38,376 bases of DNA from Octopus bimaculoides (taxonomy: Eukaryota): assembly GCF_001194135.2 (NCBI RefSeq), contig NC_068989.1, positions 79,886,190-79,924,565 on the forward strand, given 5' to 3'. The position numbers and the translations under genes were made by a program. The notes beneath the pieces were generated by a model, which worked only from the letters and a program-made list of their open reading frames with translations, had not been told where the DNA came from and ran no database searches. Positions 21,720 to 33,377 of this stretch are shown one piece after another (the stretch's first letter is position 1; the number at the start of each line of letters is the position of its first letter).

Positions 21720-22042
21720 GCAACCACCACAATGTTCAGTTACTGATGTATGGTTGCTTCTGTTCCCCCATGAAGCTTAGAGCTATGAATGCGATGTACG
21801 AGCTCGTGATAGGGTTTCTCATGTTGGAGAGACCAAAGAACAGATTTAAATCCATCTCTTACCAGAGGTGAGGCCGGGCTTTCATTAACCAATCACCCCT
21901 ACCACGAAAACAAAGTTACAGAAGCATTGAAGACAATTCAAAACCACCCAACAAAACCTGGAAAAAAACAATCCGGCGTTGAAAACAGTGGAGAAATATC
22001 ATTGATGCTATCTGCTCCATAGCGAGAAAAGAGCTTAACTGA
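21720..22042 (+). mobile_element. Decayed 3' end of an RTE-type LINE ORF
   Basis: NVQLLMYGC, IG..ML.RP.NR, and RKQSYRSIEDNSKPPNKTWKKTIRR*KQWRNIIDAICSIARKELN* resemble the RTE C-terminus (..TWRRSVE.E.K..N.TW......DR..WR..IDALCS). Confidence 0.62.
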
Positions 22043-22114
22043 ATTGATTTAATTGTAAGTATTTTAAATAAGCCTCTGTTTCGGTACTAGTTCTATAACT
22101 TCCTCCCACCAACC

Positions 22115-22430
22115 AGGCTCGGAGGCCATGTAAAGGATCTTGAGGAATGCCTTCACTCCTGATTAAAAGACAAAATATTCAGTATAGTAAAGTATTTCTT
22201 CTTGAATAATACCAACTCATAACAGCCGGTTTCCTTGGCCTGTATGTTTTCCACCTGGATGGGTTGTCGGTCCGTCGCAGGATTACTAATTCTTCCCGCC
22301 TGAGTGGACTGAAACAACGTGAAATGAAGAGTTTTGTTCAAGAATACAACGCGTCACTCGGTCCCGGAATCGATACCGCAATCTTACGATCAGGAGTCCA
22401 ACACCCTAACAACTAAGCCACGCACCTCCA
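22115..22430 (-). mobile_element. SINE family C, near full length
   Basis: Reverse complement starts TGGAGGTGCGTGGCTTAGTTGTTAGGGTGTTGG (A box), GGTATCGATTCC (B box), then CATTTCACGTTGTTTCAGTCCACTCAG and CCTGCGACGGACCGAC. Confidence 0.82.
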
Positions 22431-22628
22431 CATTATTGTAGTGAACCAGACTTAGATAAAATATCAAATATAATCACTAAAAGAAATACAATCAGAGAAA
22501 TAAATGAAAGAAAAATAAAAGATAGAAGAACCAAGCCACCCGATATTGGTAGCTAAGATATCACAAATGTCAGTTTGAAGTTGGGAAAGATTTATATTTG
22601 TCTCAGAAAAGTTGATTATATTTTCTTA

Positions 22629-22963
22629 GGCGCAGGCGTGACTGTGTGAATAAACGTTTGCTTCTCAACAACATGTTTCCGTGTCCAGTCTTGGACAGGT
22701 GGGTTCTACTCTTGCCGCGAGGTGACCAAAGCTTTGTGACTGGATTTGGTATACATCTACGTGTGTCTGTGTCTTTGCTTTTATGTGTGTCCCTCTTCAC
22801 CATTGCCCACCAGTGCTGGTTTGTTTACATACGGAAACAATAGCGGTTCGGCAAAAGAAATCGATAGAATAAATATCAGGTTTTAAAAAGCAAGTACTAG
22901 GGTCTATTCATGTGACTAAAACCCTTGAAAGTGGTGTTCCAGCATGGCCGCAACCCAATGACT
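22629..22963 (+). mobile_element. SINE B, full length with small deletions
   Basis: GGCGCAGGCGTGACTGTGTG head; GACCAAAGCTTTGTGACTGGATTTGGTA; TAGCGGTTCGGCAAAAGAAATCGATAGAATAA; TCCAGCATGGCCGCAACCCAATGACT. Confidence 0.88.
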
Positions 22964-23628
22964 TTATAGTGATTCCGCTATACCTCATATGTAAATTAGT
23001 CCGTTATTTTTACTACTTACGACTATTAAGGAGAAAGAATATTTTCTGCTGTCCCCTTGTCTTCAGATAATCCTGTTTGTCAGTTTTGGTAAATTGTTGA
23101 GGGTTCATCTTATATCGTTTTCCTATATGGAGTTGGTGACGACTGCCACCAAGCGATTGACTTCCCATCTCTAGAATCAGAGATAATTTCAATAAATCAA
23201 GAATTAAACTTGTATACTATTAAATAGTTATTCATTTTGTTTGCAGAAATGTATATATATATATATATAGATAGATAGATAGATATGTATATATATGTAT
23301 TCTTTAATTAGATTTAAAACAGTGTTCTAATACTAATCGTTACATGCTGACAGTCGGCAATTTTTAACTAGAAACAGGAAACTGAAAACAGGCCTCATGG
23401 TTAGCGACAATTTCCTGTAAGCCATAATGGAGGAATGACATTGGTCTAAATTGCACCGCAGGGTATGCTATCTCTCGACAACCCAGTGTTGTTCATTCCT
23501 ATCAATACGTTATAAAATTACTACAAATAGACAACTACGCACATATGAACACACCGCACGAATACACATTCCCATACGCATACAGACACATACGTATGTA
23601 TATGATATATATATATATATATGAATGT

Positions 23629-23662
<34 letters not shown>

Positions 23663-24185
23663 NNNNNNNNNNTACGCACATATGAACACACCGCACGAAT
23701 ACACATTCCCATACGCATACAGACACATACGTATGTATATGATATATATATATATATATGAATGTATGTATGCATGCACGTATATAGTGTTATCTGGCGC
23801 AACTGAATGAGAAGGACTGTGGGTGCGCACGTGCGCACGAGAGAGAGAAACACAAAGAGCTTGGAAGAGTGAGATAATTTTGAAGAGAAACTAAATGATT
23901 GAGAAAAAAGTGAATATAATATTAGCCAATTATGTATATAAATTGTTGCTCTACCTTCCATTAATTTCTAATTTGATATCTGTGTGTTTTTCTTATTCTT
24001 CCATTAGCACTAAGCTAAAATTTTCAAACTTTCTTTATCTCTCCCTGTTGAACAACAAGAGAATTCCGGACTCGGTGTTTTGCTTTGTACAGAAAGTTCT
24101 GAGTTCTGTGCTCGGAATTCCAATTCTATCGAAGTCAAATTTGTGTCTTGCGTTCTCTCATTCTTTCAAACCAGTTTGATAGTTT

Positions 24186-24303
24186 AGGTAAACTGTGAGA
24201 ACGTCGTTGGAATGTCTTGTGTTATTTTTTTTCAGCCTTCATAGTTGTGAGTTCAAATTCTACCATGACCTACGTAGGAAGATGCTTTAATCCCTCGGCC
24301 TGC
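24186..24303 (+). repeat. Short repeat E copy 2
   Basis: See 21554-21670; contains the palindrome CCTACGTAGG. Confidence 0.8.
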
Positions 24304-24591
24304 TTAAAGTGATCTTGCGGTGTCAATTACCTGACACGCATCAAAATTTGCTTGTTCAGAAATGCTGACCCGTATTCAATTGAAAGTGATAAACATTCGG
24401 GGTTTATTATATGAATAAAAATATTTGAACGCGCAAACGAAAGGAAAAATATATACAGCATTTAGTAAATCCTATTTATTCATTGGAAAATGGTGCTACG
24501 CAGATACTGCTTCGAGTTACTAGTTCCCTGAATGCTGTTAATGTATATAGTCTTCCATACCACCCACACCTACACATCTACGCGCGCTCAT

Positions 24592-24624
<33 letters not shown>

Positions 24625-24631
24625 TACATCT

Positions 24632-24866
24632 CATCCTTGTTTCAGTCATTAGACTGCGGCCAGGTCGGGGCACCATGCCGGGGTACCAGCGTGAAGAACT
24701 TTTAGTGAAATGAATCAACCTCAGGACTTATTTTTCAAAACCTGGTACTCATTCTACCGTTTCTTTTACTGAACGGATAAGTTAGGGGGACGTAAATACG
24801 CCAGCTTCGGTCACCAAGAGGTGGTGGGACAATAAAGACTGGCACAAAGCAAACACACACACACAN
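24632..24866 (-). mobile_element. SINE B 3' half
   Basis: CTTGTTTCAGTCATTAGACTGCGGCCA..CCTCAGGACTTATTTTT..CCTGGTACTCATTCTA..GGGGACGTAAATACGCCAGC, ends in CA tract at the gap. Confidence 0.82.
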
Positions 24867-25146
24867 NNNNNNNNNNNNNNNNNNNNNNNNNNNNNNNNNN
24901 NNNNNNNNNNNNNNNNNNNNNNNNNNNNNNNNNNNNNNNNNNNNNNNNNNNNNNNNNNNNNNNNNNNNNNNNNNNNNNNNNNNNNNNNNNNNNNNNNNNN
25001 NNNNNNNNNNNNNNNNNNNNNNNNNNNNNNNNNNNNNNNNNNNNNNNNNNNNNNNNNNNNNNNNNNNNNNNNNNNNNNNNNNNNNNNNNNNNNNNNNNNN
25101 NNNNNNNNNNNNNNNNNNNNNNNNNNNNNNNNNNNNNNNNNNNNNN

Positions 25147-25205
<59 letters not shown>

Positions 25206-26156
25206 TAAATATTTACATATATATATATATGTGTGTGTGTGTAAATATACGTACATATATATGTATGTAGATATGATGAACTTATGTATGCATGATATTT
25301 GTCATTTGTAAGCCGTATACCTGCGTAGTTGCAATAAACACTACTTCTAGCCAACCTCAGAAATCCAAACGTCAAGAGTTATTAGCCTTGAGAAGCTAAA
25401 ATTCTTCATACCAACAACCTGTCGATTACAGTTCAGTCTACCCTAAATTTAGATAATATATAAGGCGGCCAAATTTGTAAGACACCTATGTGTGGGTCTA
25501 CATAGATGTCTGTATGCATACATACTGCTCTCATATACTATTTATAGGAACTGTATTTAAAGGGAGGTTTTATGAATGCGTGTATATCGTAAGAGATTAT
25601 AGTATTATGTGTAAGAATACCTTTGAAAGAAAACAGAAAGATTGAACAAAAGACATTATTCCCATGAGAATGCACACAGATTTCGATTGAACTTCTATAG
25701 AATTTCAGATATTTAGCAAACTTAAATGTTAACAATTCGTGTTTTGGCCACTACAAACATCGATACATTTTTACATGAATAGCTCTTATTTTTTGAAAGA
25801 TTTAAAGTTAAGATAGCATTTACAATAGTTTTATCTGTAAAACTTCATGACAATCGATTAAGATATACTTAATACTTGAAGTTAGGTTTATAAAGGATAG
25901 AAACCGAGGGTTTATCAATATCAATTTTATTCTTGAATGGAGAGTATTCTATTGTTAGTTTTTCTATCTACTGGATTGTTTTGTTTATGTTGAATGCAGC
26001 ATAATGAATATATTAACGTCTGTAAATCTTTTAAACTTCAGGACATTATCCTTTAAAATTAAAGACAAGCACTCATCCGTTACACTGATGTGCGCGAGTT
26101 TGTATGACGTCAAAACTGGTTCTCTCTCTTTCTCTTTCTATCTCTCATAATGTATA

Positions 26157-26223
<67 letters not shown>

Positions 26224-26224
<1 letters not shown>

Positions 26225-26455
26225 GCGGTGAGCTGGCAGAAATGTTAGCACGCCGGGCGAAATGCTTAGCGGTATTTCGTCTGCCGTTACGTTCTGAGTT
26301 CAAATTCCGTCGAGGTCGACTTTGCCTTTCATCCTTTCGGGGTCGATAAATTAAGTATCAGTTATGCACTGGGGTCGATTTAATCGACTTAATCCCTTTG
26401 TCTGTCCTTGTTTGTCCCCTCTATGTTTAGCCCGTTGTGGGCAATAAAGAAATAA
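26224..26455 (+). mobile_element. SINE A, well preserved, embedded in a (GATA)n array
   Basis: Complete head to AATAAAGAAATA tail; (GATA)n on the left (26158-26223) and GATA/GACA on the right (26456-26587). Confidence 0.95.
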
Positions 26456-26528
26456 GATAGATAGATAGACAGACAGACAGACAGGCAGGCAGACAGACAG
26501 ATAGATAGACAGGCAGACAGATAGATAA

Positions 26529-26587
<59 letters not shown>

Positions 26588-26771
26588 TTAAGCAAGACAA
26601 AAGAGGTGTTTCTTCATAAACAGACTTACCTGCTTTCTTTCGCCTTCTGTATGTACTCTGTGACCTACGCAACTGTAGATTTCAAGCAAATTAGACTATA
26701 ATAGCTATTCTCATAATTTCCAAATTTGATATAATGAATACACATGGAATACTAAATAGTTCTATTCATCA

Positions 26772-26851
26772 TGCATCACCTTGTCCAGGAATCGAGACTA
26801 CAATGTTATGATCATGCGTCCAACGTCATAACCATTAAGCAAGAGCCTCCA
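26772..26851 (-). mobile_element. SINE C head fragment
   Basis: CCAGGAATCGAGACTACAATGTTATGATCATGCGTCCAACGTCATAACCATTAAGCAAGAGCCTCCA resembles 22360-22430. Confidence 0.6.
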
Positions 26852-27233
26852 AGAATATAGACCTACGCTGGCCCGTCTAGTATCCCATCTCGTGATCGTT
26901 ACAGTTTTTTGTTGTGGTGGGGAAGACGTCACCTAGTCCTTGAGTGCCTTTTGTGGAGTGTACATCATTTTGAGCCTGTTTGGAGCAGATTTTCGATCTG
27001 ACATTTTTGTTTTACTGTGTCTTGTCAAGGTGCTCTTTGTATCCTGTTACGTAGGCTGTTCTTCCTTCTCTGACTAAATCAATGAAATTCCAATTAAAGA
27101 AGATGTCTCGCCAAAAAAACTCAGTAGTGGATTTCCGTCCAAGTAGAAGTTATGTACCGTAAGACTTGTGCCTTATACGCTGATTTATTTCTAAAAAATT
27201 TAGGAATCAAATAAATCATACCCTGTAATGCAT

Positions 27234-27295
27234 TGGTGCAGGTATACAATGGTGCAGGTATACAATGGTGCAGGTATACAATGGTGCAGGTATAC
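27234..27295. repeat. Perfect 16-bp minisatellite, 3.9 copies
   Basis: TGGTGCAGGTATACAA at 27234, 27250, 27266 and 27282 (partial). Confidence 0.95.
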
Positions 27296-27299
27296 TTAT

Positions 27300-27600
27300 G
27301 CGATTAATAAAACGCTTCGCAAATATTTGGTTCTGCCTGATCGTTTGATCTCACAGTGCGGTGCCTTGTGGGAATGTCTTCTATAATAGTCTCTGATTGG
27401 TAAATACTTAACAAAACGAAGTTGTTTGACGGTAACTGTAGAGAACCCACATTCGCATACATATGTATATGTGTGACTGTCTACGTGAGTGAGGCGCATG
27501 TTTGTGTGCGTGCGTGGTTTTCGCTGATATACATTGGATAATTATGTAAATATCGGCGGAAAGAGCAAGGCGGATAATGCCTATGCTTTTCGGACGTAGC
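27300..27600 (+). mobile_element. Highly degenerate SINE B
   Basis: CAGTGCGGTGCCTTGTGGGAATGTCTTCTATAATAG..GACGGTAACTGTAGAGAACCC followed by TA/TG tract. Confidence 0.5.
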
Positions 27601-29433
27601 CGGAGATATTCCTTTGTTAATCTCAACGACAACTATTGGTCTGTTGGAAACTAGTAAGCAAAGACAGACACAATTTGTTTATTTAAAATTTTGTTTTAAA
27701 TCCGTAAATAAAATCATAAGCTTTCGATATTACGATAATATTTTATTTTTTAAAACTTACTGCAGAGCTCTTTAAATATTCCTCCATTGGCCTTGAAATC
27801 CATCTAAATCAACATTAGTAATGCGTGGATTAACTAAAAATCCGCTTATCTTTGTCTAATTCTATGGTCAATTACATTCCAAATTTGAATCACTGACGTA
27901 AATTCAATGATTAAGACAAATTCTTAATGATGGCGTTGTGTGAATTCGAGTTTTATGTTTTTGTCATTGTTTTGTGTATTGTGTATATGCAAATTCCAGG
28001 GCACAAGATTTATATAACAAAGAAAGTAAGAGTGATTTCATACACAGCTACAAGACCATCGATATAAAATAAATGAAAATAGTTGTTTGTAATGTTCGTA
28101 CCATTGTCCAGGAAATCAGTAGTTTTAGTTAGTAATATAGATTGAAGCCACCATTGCAAAACTAGATTAACAGATCCTTTACATAAAATCGTTTACATCT
28201 TGTTCAACGGAACTGTGAAGTAACAAATAAATATTATTTATCTTACGACAATAAACCGATAAATAAAAGTAATGCCAGCAAATATCGCTATTGACTGATG
28301 AAAATAAAGGATGTTAGGCAGTTCATACTTTCCGGAACTATATTAATCATTGCCATATAACGAAATTGAAGTACCGCCACCCAGAGGTCGTTATTGAAGA
28401 GGCTACTGTTAAATTTGATATCAGCAACTTCAACTAGAAAACGATTTTAATATTGGGAAGATTTCGATTACTAACAGTTATATATACACACCGAAAAAGT
28501 TTATCCTATTTTCTAATTGTATTTGATATCTGTGTTAGGTAAAGGTTATAAATTGATTATAGTCTAGACTAAGTTATTGACTCAGTTAGTTTAGATATTT
28601 TATGCCTAAAATGTGTGAGATACAGTCCAGCAAGTCTTTCTTGAAAATAAAAATGTATTGAGATTAAATCAATACTCTCTTTCTGAGAGCAATATTAATT
28701 TTCTGTCTTTGAAAACATTGAAGCACACACGCACGCACGCACGCACATTCAAATATATACATGCATGCATACATACAAACATATATATATATATATGCCT
28801 TGTTTTGTATATATATACATACATATATACACAACACGCACACACTTATATGATGCGAGGTCATTAAACAATGGAATTGAAATGAGATGCAAACAAGATT
28901 TACGATAGTGTATTTGTTTGATTTTCGCCTGTTACTGAAGTGGAACTGAAGAAGTAATATTTCATTGAAAAATCTAAAGTTGCGACTGAGTTGAAGAATT
29001 TCTATTCACAGAATCACATAAATAAAACCATGCATTTGTATAATAATAATTTCAAATTATAATAAATCTATAAATGTTTTTATATTTTTCATAAAAATTC
29101 GTTTGCTTTATAAAGGATTTCAGAAACCAGAAATTATAATAGGGGGATATTTTTATAGATCGAAGAGCAACCAGATTTCACTTCCACAGCCTAGCAGTTA
29201 TCTTGGGAGAATGTTATTTATGATAACCATGTGAATAGAATGGATTCTACGGAAACTGTGGAAGACTGTTAAATGAATTGTACATGTATTTCAAGGTAAA
29301 GCATAGTCACGAGGAATGGCTAAGGATTCTGTCCATGGAATGCCCTACCATTTTCTCATGCTAGCTCAATAAAGAGGTAAATGAGTTGAGCGAATAATTA
29401 AATATAACTCTCATCGAAATAAACAATGGTCAA

Positions 29434-29647
29434 GGTGGCGAGCTGGCAGAAACGTTAGCACGCCAGGCAGAATGCGTAGCTGTATTTCGTCTGTCTTTAC
29501 GTTCTGAGTTCAAATTGCACCGAGGTCGGCTTTGCTTTTCATCCCTTCGAGGTCGATAAATTAAGTACCAGTTGCGTACTGGGATCGATCTAATCGACTG
29601 GCCCCCTCCCCCCAAAATTCGGGCCTTATGCCTAGAGTAGAAAAGAA
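29434..29647 (+). mobile_element. SINE A, third tail type
   Basis: Head and body as family A; tail ACTGGCCCCCTCCCCCCAAAATTCGGGCCTTATGCCTAGAGTAGAAAAGAA. Confidence 0.9.
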
Positions 29648-29732
29648 ATGAACGGGTAGAATCTGAGAAGTTTATAAGTGAAGATTTTTAAAATGGCAGC
29701 AATACAGGTTTCCGAAAAAAAATCCGTTGTGA

Positions 29733-30133
29733 GGAAGAGGCGTGGAGGAGTGGTCAAGTAGCTCACTTTTCATCCACGTAGTTAAAGTTCAGGCCCATTG
29801 CGCAGCACCTTGGGCGAGTGCCGTTTGTTATAACTCCTTGTAAACCGAAGCCTTCTCAGTGAACTTGATAGACGGAAACTGTGTGAAAGACTGTCATGTG
29901 TATCTTTTACTTGCTTCCGTCATTGGGCTGCGATCATACTGTGGCACCATTTTGAAGGATTCAGTCCCACAAATCGACCTCAGTATTTTTAAAGCCTGCT
30001 TCCAATTCTATTGTTTTCTTTTGCTAAATAGCTACGTTACAGAGACGAAAACAAACCGACATCGGTGTGTTAAACGGTGATGTGGGGCAAGGACAAACCC
30101 AAAGGTATAGACACACACATATACTCAAACGAG

Positions 30134-30175
<42 letters not shown>

Positions 30176-30489
30176 GGTCCTCTACCAGTTTCCGCCTACC
30201 AAATTCGCACATAAGACTTGGTCGGTCTGGGTCTTAGTAAAGTATCTGACCCAACGTACCGCGCATTGGGAATGAACACAAGTCCATATTGTTTGGAAGC
30301 AAGTATATCCAGACAAGTATTCCTGCACCTATATGTATATCAATGCGCGAATGCGTGTTTTTGTGTCTGCAAAAGAGACCGGTTGAATATTTACCAAACT
30401 TCAAAAACAGATGCAGGAATCGATATGTACGATTAAAGCCCTTCAAGGAAGTGTACAGTAACACCACAGTCCAATGACTAAAAACAAAT
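29733..30489 (+). mobile_element. Old SINE B split by an antisense SINE B insertion
   Basis: Head at 29733-29900 (GCAGCACCTTGGGCGAGTG..TAGACGGAAACTG) and tail at 30330-30489 (CAAAAGAGACCGG..CAGTCCAATGACTAAAAACAA) flank the minus-strand copy. Confidence 0.68.
29903..30329 (-). mobile_element. SINE B, full length, nested
   Basis: TCTTTTACTTGCTTCCGTCATT tail, CA tract, CAGTTTCCGCCTACCAAATTCGCACATAAGACTTGGTCGG, ends TCCTGCACC. Confidence 0.8.
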
Positions 30490-30659
30490 TTTTAAAAAAG
30501 ATGAAAATATTATAACAAATAATATGCGTCCATTGGTCTTAGAGCCTCTTATGTGAATCTGCAGAAAACATTAATATTCTGAATCCACAAAGTCGTTAAA
30601 ACACGGACATAATGATTTACAGATTTTGTTGCATCTCTTTAGGCTCAATGCTCATGCAC

Positions 30660-30980
30660 CATTGAGGTCAATTTTGCCTTTCATGTTACCGGAGCGATAA
30701 AAATAAATGTAAGTCAAGTCTTGAGTTCGCTATAGTCAACTTCATCCTCACTCCAAATGCCTTACGTTGTGCCAATGAAAGAATTCAATATTTCAAATAG
30801 CAAGGGTGATGGATTAGTGGAATCGTTCAATCATTAAAAGAAGATCTTGTGGTATTTGATTAGAGAAATTTAAGATCTGAGTTCAAATCACACGTAGGTC
30901 ATGTTTATACTTCGTCCTTCCGATGTTTGAAAAATCAAGTATCAGTTACGTACTGGAGACTACATTATCGATTGTTATCC
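30660..30980 (+). mobile_element. Two degenerate SINE A fragments
   Basis: GAGGTCAATTTTGCCTTTCAT.. (30660-30790) and TCTGAGTTCAAATC..AGTATCAGTTACGTACTGG (30805-30980). Confidence 0.55.
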
Positions 30981-31439
30981 TTATTTATATTTGACAACTG
31001 ATGCTTAAGTAATGAATAAATAAATAAATAATTAAATAAATAAATACTTAAAAGAGAGTAATCTATTTCGGTGAAAGTATTGTTGACATCTCATTGACTA
31101 TGGAAGACTTATGGCGGAAAACTGTTCCCCTAATGTTCTACAGAATTTGTTAACCAAATCAAATATAGATGTATACACAAAATATAAATGAGTTACTTCA
31201 TTTTAGGCTACCATACTTAACCTGCTGCACAGAAAATAATAATTCTTTTTTAGCATTTTAAACCATAATCATGATGAACAGAAGAGTCGTATTCGTTATG
31301 GAAAGACAGAAATGCAGAAATGTAAGGATGAGCGGAGCAAGACAGTTGGGCGCATGTTTTTGGACATTGGCGACTTGACAAAGCTGAGTGGACAGAGAGT
31401 CAGTTTTGGCCATACTTTGGCACTGGGTACAAATACATG

Positions 31440-31695
31440 CAAGCACAAACGTACGTGCGCACGTGCAAGCGCGCACGTAAGGCGTAAACGTGCAGATGGG
31501 TGGAGAAAGAGTAAGGAAGAATTGAATACGACTGACAGAAACACTTTCCATCTCCTCGTGATGAAGGAAAGAGATCGAAAGAAACATTAAAACTTCTGAT
31601 GGCAAATAAGTCAGCGTCGAAACAGCGACGTCAAACGCGAAACCAAAACGGCTGTCTTAGACACGAAAGAGGAAATTTGATTTTGAAAGGTATGG
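31440..31695 (+). promoter_or_regulatory. CpG-rich patch ending in a splice-donor-like site; candidate promoter or first exon
   Basis: About 20 CpG counted by eye in 31441-31670 within an AT-rich background; repeated ACGTG cores and one CACGTG; AAG|GTATGG at 31689/31690. Confidence 0.3.
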
Positions 31696-32767
31696 TAAAA
31701 ATTCGGAGCAAGTTTGTGTATAACTCGAGCTCCTCCAAAATTTGCATTGCTTAAGCGTGTTATTCTGAATCTAACAATATAGTCTTCATGTAGATGAAAC
31801 TTGTGAAGAAATTTAGTGCGTCAAAATTTCAGCTCATTAAGAAGATGGCCCGTAATGAATTGTTACAGCATGGAATCTTTTTCCGGTATTCCTTCCTGCT
31901 TTTTAAGTTCTCAATTCAAATAATACCCAGATCGACTTTGCCTTTCGCCCTTTTTAAATTGACTTTCACAATCGCTGACATTTTTCTCATTACTTTCATG
32001 ACTTGAATTCATTAAAAGTTATTTCTGAAATCCCAATCTTAAGTTCTGTAGCCTGCGATTAACTGTCATTTCATCATGCTGGAAAACGCCCTTTGAAAAT
32101 ATTCCAGTGTCATAAATTGCATATACATGTACTTCGTAATGTTGTAATCACATAGAATAACATCGGATTATTACTGTAATCATATTCTGTTCTAATGACA
32201 ATTAGTTTTCATAATCATTATCAGACGACGCACTAGTATTTAATGATTTTTTTCTTATTTGTTTGATTAGATATTGTTTTTCCATAGTAACCGATATCTT
32301 TTTCTTAATTACACAATGTAATTAACTTCAATTTATTCCTTACGCAACTTTATGTTCTCCGCCTTCTTGATAGAGCAGACCATTGATTAAAAGTGTTTCA
32401 ACTGCAACCACTCGCTCGTTTTGCCTGGATAAAAGGTGTCTACTATTACGCTATCTATGTATCGCCAGTGTGATTTGAAGTTTTTGTTTGCTACCTTTAA
32501 CAAAGTAGGTGTCCATAATTCAAATTTCATTGTCGCCTTAAACATTCCTCAACTAAAGCTAACTGTACTGCGATTGCCATGTATTATGAGCCATAGCACG
32601 AATATCAAAAACTTCTACTCATCTCTTCCCCATACATTTTTGATAACAAACCACTCGGAAACGCCCCTGGTTTCGTGATACAAACTTTGTTTTAATGTGG
32701 TTGAAATTAAAACCGTCAACCCAAATTTTATGTTCGCTTATGTTCCAAGTACCAGTTTAATAATTCA

Positions 32768-32967
32768 TTTCAAACTTTTGTTACAAGGGCAGCTTGGGAT
32801 GAGTGGATTACATCGACACCAGTGTTCAACTAGTATTTATTTCATCAACCCCGAAAGGATGAAAAGCAAAGTCGGCCACGGTGGAATCTGAACTCAAAAC
32901 GTAGTGACAGGTGAAATATCGATAAGCATTTCGTCCACCGCGTTAGCGATTCTTCCGGCTCGCCGCC
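32768..32967 (-). mobile_element. SINE A, alternative tail
   Basis: CATCAACCCCGAAAGGATGAAAAGCAAAGTCGG..TGAACTCAAAACGT..CCGGCTCGCCGCC. Confidence 0.85.
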
Positions 32968-33180
32968 TTAAACATCAGCTTAATAATAGCAGTTATAATA
33001 TCAAATTCTTCATTATTTTTTAAACTGATTGAATCAAAAGCATAGTATTTCAGCAGATGTATAGTAGCGAAAGTGTAACAAACTAGGAAAGTCCCACTAG
33101 GAAAATAACATTATTTGAATGTATAATATCTCTCAATACAGGAATGATTTAAAGAGTCTGCCTCAAACATCTAATATTAG

Positions 33181-33377
33181 TTTCAAATTTTGGCACAAGG
33201 CTAACAATTTAAGGAGAGGGTTAAGTCGATTACATAGACCCCAGTAACCGACTGGTACTTATTTCATCGACCCCGAAAGGATGAAAGGCAAAGTCGATCC
33301 CTGTGGCATTTGAATGCAGGACGTAAAGACGGACGAAATGCCGGTAGGACTGTTAACGATTCTTCCAGCTCACCATC
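33181..33377 (-). mobile_element. SINE A, alternative tail
   Basis: TTTCAAATTTTGGCACAAGG tail; CTGGTACTTATTTCATCGACCCCGAAAGGATGAAAGGCAAAGTCGA; TTCCAGCTCACCATC. Confidence 0.87.

Noticed and set aside
23536-23767. Exact duplication of about 95 bp on either side of a 10-N gap
   Set aside because: Typical unmerged contig overlap ending in (TA)n; almost certainly an assembly artefact.
24061-24120. GAATTCCG...CGGAATTC inverted repeat
   Set aside because: Only 8 bp of perfect stem with weak inner pairing; expected by chance in 38 kb.
31312-31590. 92-aa ORF MQKCKDERSK..
   Set aside because: No recognisable domain; overlapping ORFs on both strands reflect local GC content rather than coding signal.
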